This document shows, piece after piece, positions 52,176-60,983 of a stretch of 64,000 nt of DNA. The position numbers and the translations under genes were made by a program. The stretch's first letter is position 1. Each line of letters begins with the position of its first letter. The notes beneath the pieces were generated by a model. The model made no database searches. It saw only the letters and a program-made list of their open reading frames with translations, and was not told where the DNA came from. Source of the stretch: an uncultured Muribaculaceae bacterium (GTDB taxonomy: Bacteria > Bacillota_I > Bacilli_A > RF39 > UBA660). The stretch lies in assembly GCA_964486215.1 (NCBI GenBank), contig CAZALI010000002.1, positions 13,001-77,000 on the forward strand, written 5' to 3'.

Positions 52176-55100
52176 ATGGTTGTTTATATATTGCATTATA
52201 ATTCTTTAAATACTTTTCGTTTGCCAAAATTAACTTCTGGTAGTAGCTTTATTCAGGATTATGATTCAAACTATAATTTAAAAAATCTTATTACAGCTAC
52301 TGCTAAAAATGGTAAATGGTATATTCAATCTGACAATTATGTTCAAATAATTATGAATAATAAACCGGTTGAGTCATGCGAACTTTCTTTATATAATTTT
52401 TATTTATTAAAGACTGTTACTAATGAGCCAATTATTTTGTATCCAACACTTTCTTATGATAATAAATATATGTTAAAAGAGGTAGTAAAAGATGATACTA
52501 TTTCTTTTGGTAAAGATAATACTTGTGATGTTGTACTACTTAGATGTGCTAATCTTGCAAAAAAACAATTTGAATTGACTTATAAGAGCGGCAAATGGTT
52601 TGCTAAAAACTTGTATGATGCTATTCCTTTATATTGTAATAGTAGCAAGATATCTTCTTGTACATTAGAGAATTTTGATACATTGTTTATAATGGGATTT
52701 AAGATTATTATTTTTGGTAAGATGTTAATAATATCTAATGCTAGACAAAATGTATATACAGCATCTCCTAAATTGATGGATAAAACATCACTACAATATG
52801 CTATGTCTACTGTTGATACTACTAATCAGGTATTTAATGATTTTTATAGTCCAAATGAGTATTTTTCTAAATCTCCAGTTTTTGTTAAAAAATCTAATAC
52901 TTTAAAATTAGATATAGCCAGTCCTAATCCTAAAGAAACTGGTGGTTCTCAATTTTTAATTATGAGTATGATTCCTACTGTATTAATGAGTCTTACTAGT
53001 TTACTTTCAGCTTTCTTTACAATTAAAGATTATAGAACTAATGGAGGCAATAAAGAAGGATTGATTACTAGTTTAGTAATGTGTGGAGTAATACTATTTG
53101 TGTCTATAATTTGGCCTATTTTTGAATATTTTATGGATAAAGCAGGAAGATTTATTAAAAATACTAGTAATACTGTTAGATATAGAAAATATATGAAAGA
53201 AATATCTGAAATCTTTGAGCAGGCTTCTGCAGGACAAAAGATGGATTTGATATTTAATAATTTATCTTTAAAAGAGTGCGAAGAAGCAATAAGAAAGAGA
53301 AACTCTAATTTATTTTCTATTAATAATGATCAAAAGCGTTTCTTAAATATTCGTTTAGGAACTGGTAGAGTTAAACTTGATTCTGAAATTGGTTTTGATA
53401 TGACTACTGGTTATGAAACTAAAGATAAATTACAAAAACTTGCTGAAGATACTATAAAGAAATATGAGTATATAGATGAAGCTCCATATTCGTTCTCTTT
53501 TAAGAATAGTATAGCTTTTATTAATTCTAATGGTGAATTTAGTAAATACTACGAATCTATTATTTTACAATTAATAACTTTTCATGATTATTATAATTTA
53601 AAACTAGTTGTCTTTACTGATGATGATTCTAAATTAAATTTAATTCGTGATTTGAATCATTGTTGGAGTGATGATCAAAGTATTAGATATTTTGCTACTA
53701 CTGTTCAGGAAGCTGAAATTATTTCTGGACAACTTATTCGTATTTTAAATAAAAGACGTAATTCAAATGCTGAATCTTCAGAGAAAAGTTCTTTGGTTCC
53801 TCATTATTTAATTATTACTGATAATATTTATAAGTATCGTAATGTAAGCATTATTAATAAAATTATTTCTAATAAAGTATATTATGGTTTTAGTGAATTA
53901 ATATTTGCACATAAGTTAAGTGAAATACCAAATGGTTGTAAGTATTTCTTAGAGTATACTGATAAACAATCTACTTTATTTGAATCTGAAATGAGTGATG
54001 ATACTATATCAAAGTTTGTACCAGAGTTTATTGATAGTGATGTTGATTTTGCTACAGATGTTGATTTAGTTTCTAATATTCCTGTAGTTAATAATAGTGA
54101 TGTTGCTATTAATGCTACTTTACCTGATAAATATGGTTTCTTAGAAATGCTTAATGTTGGTAATGTTGAACAACTTAATTCTGTTTCTAGGTGGAAAAAT
54201 TCTAATGTTACTAATAGCTTAGCAACTCCACTTGGAATTGATCCTACAGGCAGTTTATTAAATCTTGATTTACATGAAAAAGCTCACGGACCACATGGCT
54301 TGATTGCAGGTATGACTGGTTCAGGTAAATCAGAAACAATAATATCTTATATTTTGTCTTTAGCAGTTAATTATAGTCCAAATGAAGTTCAATTTGTTTT
54401 GATTGACTATAAAGGTGGAGGACTTGCTGGTGCTTTTGAAAATAGAAAAACAGGTATAAAACTGCCTCATTTAGTTGGTACTATTACTAACTTAGATAAA
54501 GCTTCTATGAATAGGACTTTAGTTTCAATTAAGAGTGAGTTACAAAGACGTCAGAGAATATTTAATACAGCTAAAGAAGAGTTAGATATTGCAACTATTG
54601 ATATTTATAAATATCAAGATTTAGTAAGAAATGGTTCTATTGATGAACCAATGGCTCATTTGTTTATTATATGTGATGAGTTTGCTGAGTTAAAGGCTCA
54701 ACAACCTGAATTTATGGATGAGCTTGTTAGTGCAGCTCGTATAGGACGTTCACTAGGAATCCATCTTATCTTAGCTACTCAAAAACCTAGTGGCGTTGTT
54801 GATGAACAGATTTGGTCTAACTCTAAATTTAAAATTTGTGCTAAGGTACAAACTACTGAAGATAGTCAAGAAATGATTCGTAAGCCAGATGCTGCTTATA
54901 TTAAAGAAGCAGGACGTTTCTATTTACAAGTTGGTTACGATGAAATATTTGTTAAAGCACAATCAGCTTATACTGGTGTTAAATATGTACCACATACTAC
55001 AACTATGATTACAAGTGGTGGTCCAAGTTCTATAGTTTTTATTGATAATTTAGGAAACATTCTTAAATCGATAAAAAAAGAAGAAAAGAAAATTAGTTCT

Positions 55101-56738
55101 AAGACTGATCTTGGTGATGAGCTTGGTAATGTTACTAGATATTTAATTGATTGTGCTAAAGAAATTGGTTTTACTAATAAACAATTATGGTTAGATAATG
55201 TTGAAAGTAATATATTCTTAAATCCTTTAATTAAGAAGTATCAATATAAAGAAAAGAAATGTATTATTAATCCACTTATTGGGGAATATGATGATCCTGG
55301 AAATCAAAAACAAGGTCCAGTTAGTATTAATTTGAGTGAAAAAGGTAATTTGTGGATATGCGGTATGACTGGTAGTGGTAAAACAACTTTATTATCTACT
55401 ATGATATTTTCTACGGTTATTCATCATTCTACAGATGAAGTTAATATATTTGTTATTGATTTGATAACTGATTCATTGAAGAGACTTTCACAAATACCAC
55501 AAGTAGCTGATGTTATTGTTTCTTCTGAACACGATAGAATAAACAAGATATTTTATTTCTTGAGAAATGAAATAGAAAGAAGAAAAAAAATTTTATCTGT
55601 TGAAGGTATAACATTTAGATCAGCAGCAGAAAAAGGCAAATTGCCTTTTCCTACATTAGTTGTTTATGTTAATGGCTATGATGTTTTGTATGATTCATAT
55701 TTTGAATTAACAGATGAAATATTTACATCAATCACAAGAGATGGCCTTAGAGTTGGAATAATATTTGTACTTACTAGTACTAGAGGTATTAATGGTAAGC
55801 TTGAAGGTAGTTTTTCACAAAGACTTGCTCTTAGATTTGCTAATCAAGATGACTACTATAATGTTTTTGATAATATTAATGGAATAATTCCTCTTGATAC
55901 TCCAGGAAGAGGTTTAATAGATTTAGGCGATATTTATGAATTCCAAGTTTGCCAAGTCTTTGATCCAGATAAATATGAAGATGAATTTAATGGCCTTGTT
56001 AAACAATTAAAAAATGCATTTCCTAATGCTAAAGGCATGCCTGAAATGCCTAAAGTGGTTTCATATGAAAGTGTTAAGAATGAAATAGTAACGCTTGATT
56101 CTGTACCTATTGGTTTTGAAACTATAAGTAATTGTGTTCATTATTTTGATTTTGATAATTTGATAAATCTAGTTCTTTATTCTGAAAAAATACATGCTCA
56201 AGGTTTTGAAGTTGCTTTGATAAAAGTATTGAAGAAGCTTGAAAATACAAAGATAGTTTGGTTAGATGCTTTGGAAGTTGATGAAGAAATCGATGGAGTA
56301 AAAAGATATGATAGTAGCTTTGGAAACTTGACTAAGTCTTTATATAATAGCGTTATTGAAAAGAAGTCTACGAATGTTAATGCTGAAAAAATAATTTTTA
56401 TAATTAGTGGTTATAAAGCTATTGAGAGTTATTTAGAAAAAGCAAAAGCTGAAGATAAAGATGCTAAAACAATAGATGATTTGATTGTTTCATCAATTGG
56501 TGCTAAAAACTATCGATTTGTTCTATTAGAAAGTGCTGATACTAAGTCAGTTGATAGTAGACCTTGGATTGATTATTATGATTATAATCGTGGTATCTTA
56601 TTATCTAGATCTCCTGATGATCAAGAAATTTTTGATTTAGATGATGCTAATTTATCTGCAGATACTAAATATACTAGAGATATTGCTTTATCTATTAATC
56701 AAGGAATTCCTACAATGATTAAATATATCAGAAAATAG
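52176..56738 (+). CDS. essC: Type VII secretion system FtsK/SpoIIIE-family ATPase EssC
   Basis: Two N-terminal FHA-like modules, two TM helices, ATPase D1 (GMTGSGKSE ~54309-54335, DEFAEL), D2 (GMTGSGKTT ~55361-55387), and a third domain without a P-loop. Confidence 0.9.
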   Translation: MVVYILHYNSLNTFRLPKLTSGSSFIQDYDSNYNLKNLITATAKNGKWYIQSDNYVQIIMNNKPVESCELSLYNFYLLKTVTNEPIILYPTLSYDNKYMLKEVVKDDTISFGKDNTCDVVLLRCANLAKKQFELTYKSGKWFAKNLYDAIPLYCNSSKISSCTLENFDTLFIMGFKIIIFGKMLIISNARQNVYTASPKLMDKTSLQYAMSTVDTTNQVFNDFYSPNEYFSKSPVFVKKSNTLKLDIASPNPKETGGSQFLIMSMIPTVLMSLTSLLSAFFTIKDYRTNGGNKEGLITSLVMCGVILFVSIIWPIFEYFMDKAGRFIKNTSNTVRYRKYMKEISEIFEQASAGQKMDLIFNNLSLKECEEAIRKRNSNLFSINNDQKRFLNIRLGTGRVKLDSEIGFDMTTGYETKDKLQKLAEDTIKKYEYIDEAPYSFSFKNSIAFINSNGEFSKYYESIILQLITFHDYYNLKLVVFTDDDSKLNLIRDLNHCWSDDQSIRYFATTVQEAEIISGQLIRILNKRRNSNAESSEKSSLVPHYLIITDNIYKYRNVSIINKIISNKVYYGFSELIFAHKLSEIPNGCKYFLEYTDKQSTLFESEMSDDTISKFVPEFIDSDVDFATDVDLVSNIPVVNNSDVAINATLPDKYGFLEMLNVGNVEQLNSVSRWKNSNVTNSLATPLGIDPTGSLLNLDLHEKAHGPHGLIAGMTGSGKSETIISYILSLAVNYSPNEVQFVLIDYKGGGLAGAFENRKTGIKLPHLVGTITNLDKASMNRTLVSIKSELQRRQRIFNTAKEELDIATIDIYKYQDLVRNGSIDEPMAHLFIICDEFAELKAQQPEFMDELVSAARIGRSLGIHLILATQKPSGVVDEQIWSNSKFKICAKVQTTEDSQEMIRKPDAAYIKEAGRFYLQVGYDEIFVKAQSAYTGVKYVPHTTTMITSGGPSSIVFIDNLGNILKSIKKEEKKISSKTDLGDELGNVTRYLIDCAKEIGFTNKQLWLDNVESNIFLNPLIKKYQYKEKKCIINPLIGEYDDPGNQKQGPVSINLSEKGNLWICGMTGSGKTTLLSTMIFSTVIHHSTDEVNIFVIDLITDSLKRLSQIPQVADVIVSSEHDRINKIFYFLRNEIERRKKILSVEGITFRSAAEKGKLPFPTLVVYVNGYDVLYDSYFELTDEIFTSITRDGLRVGIIFVLTSTRGINGKLEGSFSQRLALRFANQDDYYNVFDNINGIIPLDTPGRGLIDLGDIYEFQVCQVFDPDKYEDEFNGLVKQLKNAFPNAKGMPEMPKVVSYESVKNEIVTLDSVPIGFETISNCVHYFDFDNLINLVLYSEKIHAQGFEVALIKVLKKLENTKIVWLDALEVDEEIDGVKRYDSSFGNLTKSLYNSVIEKKSTNVNAEKIIFIISGYKAIESYLEKAKAEDKDAKTIDDLIVSSIGAKNYRFVLLESADTKSVDSRPWIDYYDYNRGILLSRSPDDQEIFDLDDANLSADTKYTRDIALSINQGIPTMIKYIRK

Positions 56739-56746
56739 GTGATTTT

Positions 56747-57001
56747 ATGAAAAAAATATTAGTTACTGTTTTTGTATTATGTATTGGAGAAAAGTTTGAT
56801 TTATTTCTTCCAATTGATATGAAAATGATTGATGCGATAGGTTTAATTCAAAAATCTGTTTATGAACTTAGTAATGAAGAATACATCATAAAACCAGACA
56901 AAAATGTTATATTATATGATTCAAACGGAAAAGTTATTAATACTAATAATATAATCAAGTTTTCTGGATTGAAAAATGGTAGTCATATATTGTTAGTTTA
57001 G
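56747..57001 (+). CDS. YukD/EsaB-like ubiquitin-fold T7SS accessory protein
   Basis: 84 aa immediately after essC. Its pattern (KFDLFLPIDMKMIDAIGLI...FSGLKNGSHILLV) resembles EsaB/YukD. Confidence 0.6.
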   Translation: MKKILVTVFVLCIGEKFDLFLPIDMKMIDAIGLIQKSVYELSNEEYIIKPDKNVILYDSNGKVINTNNIIKFSGLKNGSHILLV

Positions 57002-57087
57002 TTTGTAAAGACGTGTAAAAATATTAGTAATATATGGTTAAATAGTACTAAAGATGTTATTCTAAAATAAAGGAGGATTGTGTATTA

Positions 57088-57354
57088 ATGGAAGATGAAA
57101 ATATTGATGAAGAAATAGATGAAAGTGAAGTAGTAGCCAAAGTATATCCTATAAATGAAAACTGGCCAGAGGAAGTGAAAAGGCAAGTAGAACAAATAAA
57201 TAAAATGTCTACTATGCTTAATAATGCTGGAAGTGATCCTGTTGAAGGAGAAGAAATGGCCGATGAAGAAGATGAATCAGTTGAAGAAAAGCCTATAGAA
57301 GATGCACCAGAGGTGTCAGAAGATGAGAATGAAACTTTCGATAGTATTTTTTAA
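57088..57354 (+). CDS. Small highly acidic protein, hypothetical
   Basis: AGGAGG RBS. 88 aa, with D/E-rich termini flanking a short helical core. Confidence 0.55.
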   Translation: MEDENIDEEIDESEVVAKVYPINENWPEEVKRQVEQINKMSTMLNNAGSDPVEGEEMADEEDESVEEKPIEDAPEVSEDENETFDSIF

Positions 57355-57450
57355 TGTAAAGTTTGTAAAATAGGTCTATAATTAAGACTTTGATATTGAC
57401 AAAATAGTTTATTATGTTTATGTTTATATTATAGTAGAGGAGGAGAGAAT

Positions 57451-57903
57451 ATGGGAAAGAAAGCTGACTGGTATGTAGCAAAAAAATTTGAAAAGGCTGA
57501 TACTAATTGGGTACCTAAAGTAGAAAATGACCCAGAAAAAGAGTTGGTAACATTAGTATTTACTAATAATTTTGAACAATATGCATATAACTTAAAGGAT
57601 ATGTATAAGAAAGTAAAAGCTTCATTAAATAATGTTACTAAACAAATTAACAAAATTAAAAATGATGATAAAACTAGTACTATTTTAAAAGATGCACTTA
57701 CTGCTCAATTAAGAAGTTATGAAACTGCTCGTAAAGATTTCTTAGCTGCTTATAAAGCATTATATAAAGGTGCTATAGCTACACGTAACAAGACCTTAGA
57801 TGATTTCATGACTAAACTTAATATGTCTTCCATAACTACTCAAGGCGTAGCTGATAAAGTTCAAGAAGAAGATCTAGGTCATGATGACGACGGTATTAAA
57901 TAG
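57451..57903 (+). CDS. Predicted all-helical 150-aa protein, possible T7SS substrate or accessory protein
   Basis: GAGGAGGAG RBS. Heptad-like K/A/L-rich sequence. No WXG or LXG motif recognised. Confidence 0.6.
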   Translation: MGKKADWYVAKKFEKADTNWVPKVENDPEKELVTLVFTNNFEQYAYNLKDMYKKVKASLNNVTKQINKIKNDDKTSTILKDALTAQLRSYETARKDFLAAYKALYKGAIATRNKTLDDFMTKLNMSSITTQGVADKVQEEDLGHDDDGIK

Positions 57904-57923
57904 TAGAATGGAGGTTGTAAACT

Positions 57924-58199
57924 ATGGGAAAATTTGCTATTAGTGTTAATGAAAAGTTATGTAAAGATTGTTTGAAGAAAGCTAATACATCTTTAGATAA
58001 TTTTGTAAAATATATGGGGAAGAGTGGCAGTAAATCTGGAACTACTGTTGTTGGCGCTATTGAACAGTTAAATCAAGGATTCAGAGACACAAAGGAAGTA
58101 GCTCAATTGTATAAGAATTTTTCAAACGCAACAGTAACTTTAGCTAAAAGGTTAAAAGCTGTCGACAAAGGATTCCAAGCAATTGATAAAGCTGTTTAA
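57924..58199 (+). CDS. WXG100-sized (91 aa) helical-hairpin protein lacking a canonical WXG motif
   Basis: GGAGG RBS. Two predicted helices joined by a G/S-rich loop (YMGKSGSKSGTTVVG). Located in the T7SS module. Confidence 0.55.
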   Translation: MGKFAISVNEKLCKDCLKKANTSLDNFVKYMGKSGSKSGTTVVGAIEQLNQGFRDTKEVAQLYKNFSNATVTLAKRLKAVDKGFQAIDKAV

Positions 58200-58222
58200 A
58201 GATGACATAGTCATCTTTTTTT
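58199..58222 (+). terminator. Intrinsic terminator closing the essC operon
   Basis: Stem AAGATGAC / GTCATCTT with a 3-nt loop, then a T7 run. Confidence 0.8.
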
Positions 58223-58255
58223 GTGTAAAGTATTAAAAATAATTTTTTATACATA

Positions 58256-58284
58256 TTGACAAATAAATTTATAGTAGATATAAT
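58256..58284 (+). promoter_or_regulatory. Perfect consensus sigma-A promoter
   Basis: TTGACA (58256-58261), 17-nt spacer, TATAAT (58279-58284). Confidence 0.7.
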
Positions 58285-58290
58285 TTATTT

Positions 58291-58499
58291 ATAATCTAGA
58301 GGTAAATACAATTCGTTGTGTTTATCGTACCTACAGAAAATTCTAAATATAATTAATATTTTTATTTAAGTGGTTTATCGAGGCTAGATTATAATGTAAT
58401 TTTGGGAGAAAGACAACTCCTGTGAACATATGGCTTTTATTTGCTGATAACAAATATTTGCTTTAAAAAAACTCGATACGCTTATGGCGTATTTTTTTT
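58291..58499 (+). ncRNA. Candidate ~200-nt structured RNA (sRNA or riboswitch-like leader, unclassified)
   Basis: No ORF. Closing helix ATAATCTAG 58291-58299 / CTAGATTAT 58384-58392. Hairpin AGGTA-AATACAA-TTCG-TTGTGTT-...-TACCT (58300-58332). Repeated GTTTATCG at 58320-58327 and 58373-58380. Terminator ATACGC / GCGTAT + T run at 58476-58499. Confidence 0.5.
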
Positions 58500-58531
58500 G
58501 TGCTTTTTTTCTTTTATTTGTTATATTTTTT

Positions 58532-58540
58532 TGTTATAAT
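58532..58540 (+). promoter_or_regulatory. Extended -10 promoter (TGTTATAAT) for the HerA-like gene
   Basis: TGnTATAAT lies 24 nt upstream of ATG 58564, downstream of the 58476-58499 terminator. Confidence 0.5.
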
Positions 58541-58563
58541 TATTTTAGAGTAGAAGGTGTTGT

Positions 58564-60483
58564 ATGCTAGGAAGTATATTAGAGATTAAAGATAATAGTG
58601 TTTTAGTAAAGTTAGCTATTGATATTAATAATCAACCAAACTTATTGAATTTGCATACTGTTTTTGAACATGATAATAAGAAGATTGTTGGTGAAATAGC
58701 TGGTGTTAATCAAGAAACTATGACTATTAATATCGTTGGAGAGATTGAAAACGGTAGTTTTACTCCTGGAGCAATCGCAAAGCCTTCATTTAAGTCTACT
58801 GTTAGACTTATTAAAATGGATGAATTAGAGTTACTATTAGGTAGTCAAGAGTTAAAGAGAGGCTATGCTAATTTTGGTACTAGTAATATATATACTAATT
58901 ATAAGTTAAATGTTAGTATTAATGATTTCTTTAGTAATCATTTTGCTATACTTGGTAATACTGGTTCTGGTAAGAGTTGTACAGTAGCTTCTGTATTGCA
59001 AAAATTATTCACATCTAAATATGCTCCAACTAATGCCCATGTATTCTTCTTTGATGCTTATGGAGAATATACTAGTGCTTTTAGTGGACTTGTTAATACT
59101 AATCCAAATGTTAATTATTTATGTTATACAACTAATCCTGAAGAAACTGATGGTAATCTTTTAAGAATACCTATTTGGTTACTTGATGTAGATGATTTGG
59201 CATTACTTCTTGATGTTACTTCTCCTACACAGTTACCTATAATAGAGAAGACTTTAAAACTTGTACCAATACTTACAGGTACTAGTCAAAATACAATTAA
59301 ACGTAAAAATGATATTATAGCTCGTGCTGTACAAGATATTATGTTATCTGGAGGAGATTCAGTTAAGATACACGATCAAGTTATAGCTGTACTTACTAAA
59401 TATAATACTCCTAGTCTTAATCTAGCTACTAAGATAGTTCAACCTGGTTATACTAGAACATTAAAGCAATGCTTATTTGTTGATAAGACAGGTAAGATGC
59501 AAGAAATGGAATTAGTAGTTGAATTTATACGAGGTTATATACTTGAAGAAGAAATTGTTATACCTGAAGAAGAGTTAAATAAATTCTATTCTCTTAAAGA
59601 TTTAGAGCTAGCTATGGATTTTGCTTTAATTAATGAAGGTATTTTAAATAGTGATGCTGTATTTGATTATGCAAATATAGTTAGTGTTAGATTACATGCT
59701 TTGGTAAATGGAAGTAATGCTAGATACTTTGAATATCCTAAGTATGTTAATAGAGATCAATATGTTAATAATTTAATAATAGATGAAAAGACTGGTAAGA
59801 CTGCTCAGATTATTAACTTTAATATTAATTATATAGATGATAGAACGGCTAAAGTTATTACTAAAGTGCTTTCTAGAATGGTATTTATGAAAGCTGCTAA
59901 GGCTAAACCTCGTGGTAGTAGTGCTTATCATATAGTTATAGAAGAAGCACACAGATATGTTCAAAAAGATATAGATTTAGAGCTTTTAGGTTACAATATA
60001 TTTGAACGTATTACTAAGGAAGGTCGTAAATATGGTGTTTTCTTAGGATTAATTACACAAAGACCTTCAGAGTTATCTGATACTTGTATATCTCAATGTA
60101 GTAATTTTATGATTCTTAGAATATTGCATCCAAAAGATTTAAATTATATTAAAGAAATGGTACCTAATATTACTAATGAAATAGTATTACAACTTAAGAA
60201 TTTAAAACCTGGTAACTGTATAGCTTTTGGTTCAGCTTTTAAAGTACCAGTATCAATGCATATTGACTTACCTAATCCTAGACCACTATCTAATAATGTT
60301 AACTTGGAAGTTGTTTGGTATAACGAAAGTGCGAATGATACTAATTTAGGTGGTATACAAGATATGATAAATTCAGCTAATAAACCTACATTTACAGAAC
60401 AAGATGTTAGTAAAACGTTTGTTGATATGTCAAATAATACTTTAGATAGTGTCAATAATGTGAATAATCATGTTAGTAGTTAA
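58564..60483 (+). CDS. HerA-like (DUF87) FtsK/HerA-superfamily P-loop ATPase
   Basis: N-terminal HAS-barrel-like segment, Walker A GNTGSGKSC (~58954-58980), Walker B HIVIEEAHRY, and ITQRPSEL and FGSAF motifs typical of HerA-type ATPases. Confidence 0.8.
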   Translation: MLGSILEIKDNSVLVKLAIDINNQPNLLNLHTVFEHDNKKIVGEIAGVNQETMTINIVGEIENGSFTPGAIAKPSFKSTVRLIKMDELELLLGSQELKRGYANFGTSNIYTNYKLNVSINDFFSNHFAILGNTGSGKSCTVASVLQKLFTSKYAPTNAHVFFFDAYGEYTSAFSGLVNTNPNVNYLCYTTNPEETDGNLLRIPIWLLDVDDLALLLDVTSPTQLPIIEKTLKLVPILTGTSQNTIKRKNDIIARAVQDIMLSGGDSVKIHDQVIAVLTKYNTPSLNLATKIVQPGYTRTLKQCLFVDKTGKMQEMELVVEFIRGYILEEEIVIPEEELNKFYSLKDLELAMDFALINEGILNSDAVFDYANIVSVRLHALVNGSNARYFEYPKYVNRDQYVNNLIIDEKTGKTAQIINFNINYIDDRTAKVITKVLSRMVFMKAAKAKPRGSSAYHIVIEEAHRYVQKDIDLELLGYNIFERITKEGRKYGVFLGLITQRPSELSDTCISQCSNFMILRILHPKDLNYIKEMVPNITNEIVLQLKNLKPGNCIAFGSAFKVPVSMHIDLPNPRPLSNNVNLEVVWYNESANDTNLGGIQDMINSANKPTFTEQDVSKTFVDMSNNTLDSVNNVNNHVSS

Positions 60484-60525
60484 TAAAAGTATGGTAAAAT
60501 TAAAATGTTAGGATGGTGAATATAA

Positions 60526-60957
60526 ATGGCTTTTGATAAGATAAATAAATTATTTGGAGGAGATACTTCAAATGATGTAGAAGAAAAAGGCGAAGATGAA
60601 TATTATTCTATGAGTAAAGAAGAATACCAAGATCTTAATGGTGTAGGTGGTTCACGTATGATGTTACTAGAGCCACGTGCTTACAGTGAGTCTCAACAAA
60701 TAGCTGATTATTTGAAAAAGCGTAGTGCTGTAGTAGTTAATTTAAAGAGAGTTACTCCTGATCAAGCAAAAAGAATAATTGACTTTTTGTCAGGAACAAT
60801 TTATGCTATAAATGGAAATTTAGAGAAGTTGGGAGGAGGAATCTTCCTAGCTACACCTAATAATGTCAATATTGAGGGTAAGATGACAGATGAAAAAGGT
60901 GAGAAATCAACTCGTAAAAAGAGTAAAGATGATGATGAAGAGGATGATTTCTTCTAA
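60526..60957 (+). CDS. sepF: Cell division protein SepF
   Basis: The DUF552 core (MLLEPRAYSESQQIADYLKKRSAVVVNLKRV...AKRIIDFLSGTIYAINGNLEKLGGGIFLATP) is typical of SepF. Confidence 0.85.
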   Translation: MAFDKINKLFGGDTSNDVEEKGEDEYYSMSKEEYQDLNGVGGSRMMLLEPRAYSESQQIADYLKKRSAVVVNLKRVTPDQAKRIIDFLSGTIYAINGNLEKLGGGIFLATPNNVNIEGKMTDEKGEKSTRKKSKDDDEEDDFF

Positions 60958-60983
60958 GATATAATTTCCACGGGGTGGTTATA

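Noticed and set aside
57293-57653. Minus-strand ORFs 57293-57481 and 57429-57653 in the T7SS module
   Set aside because: They overlap + strand genes that have strong RBSs (AGGAGG, GAGGAGGAG), and they span a + strand promoter region. They have no RBS of their own.
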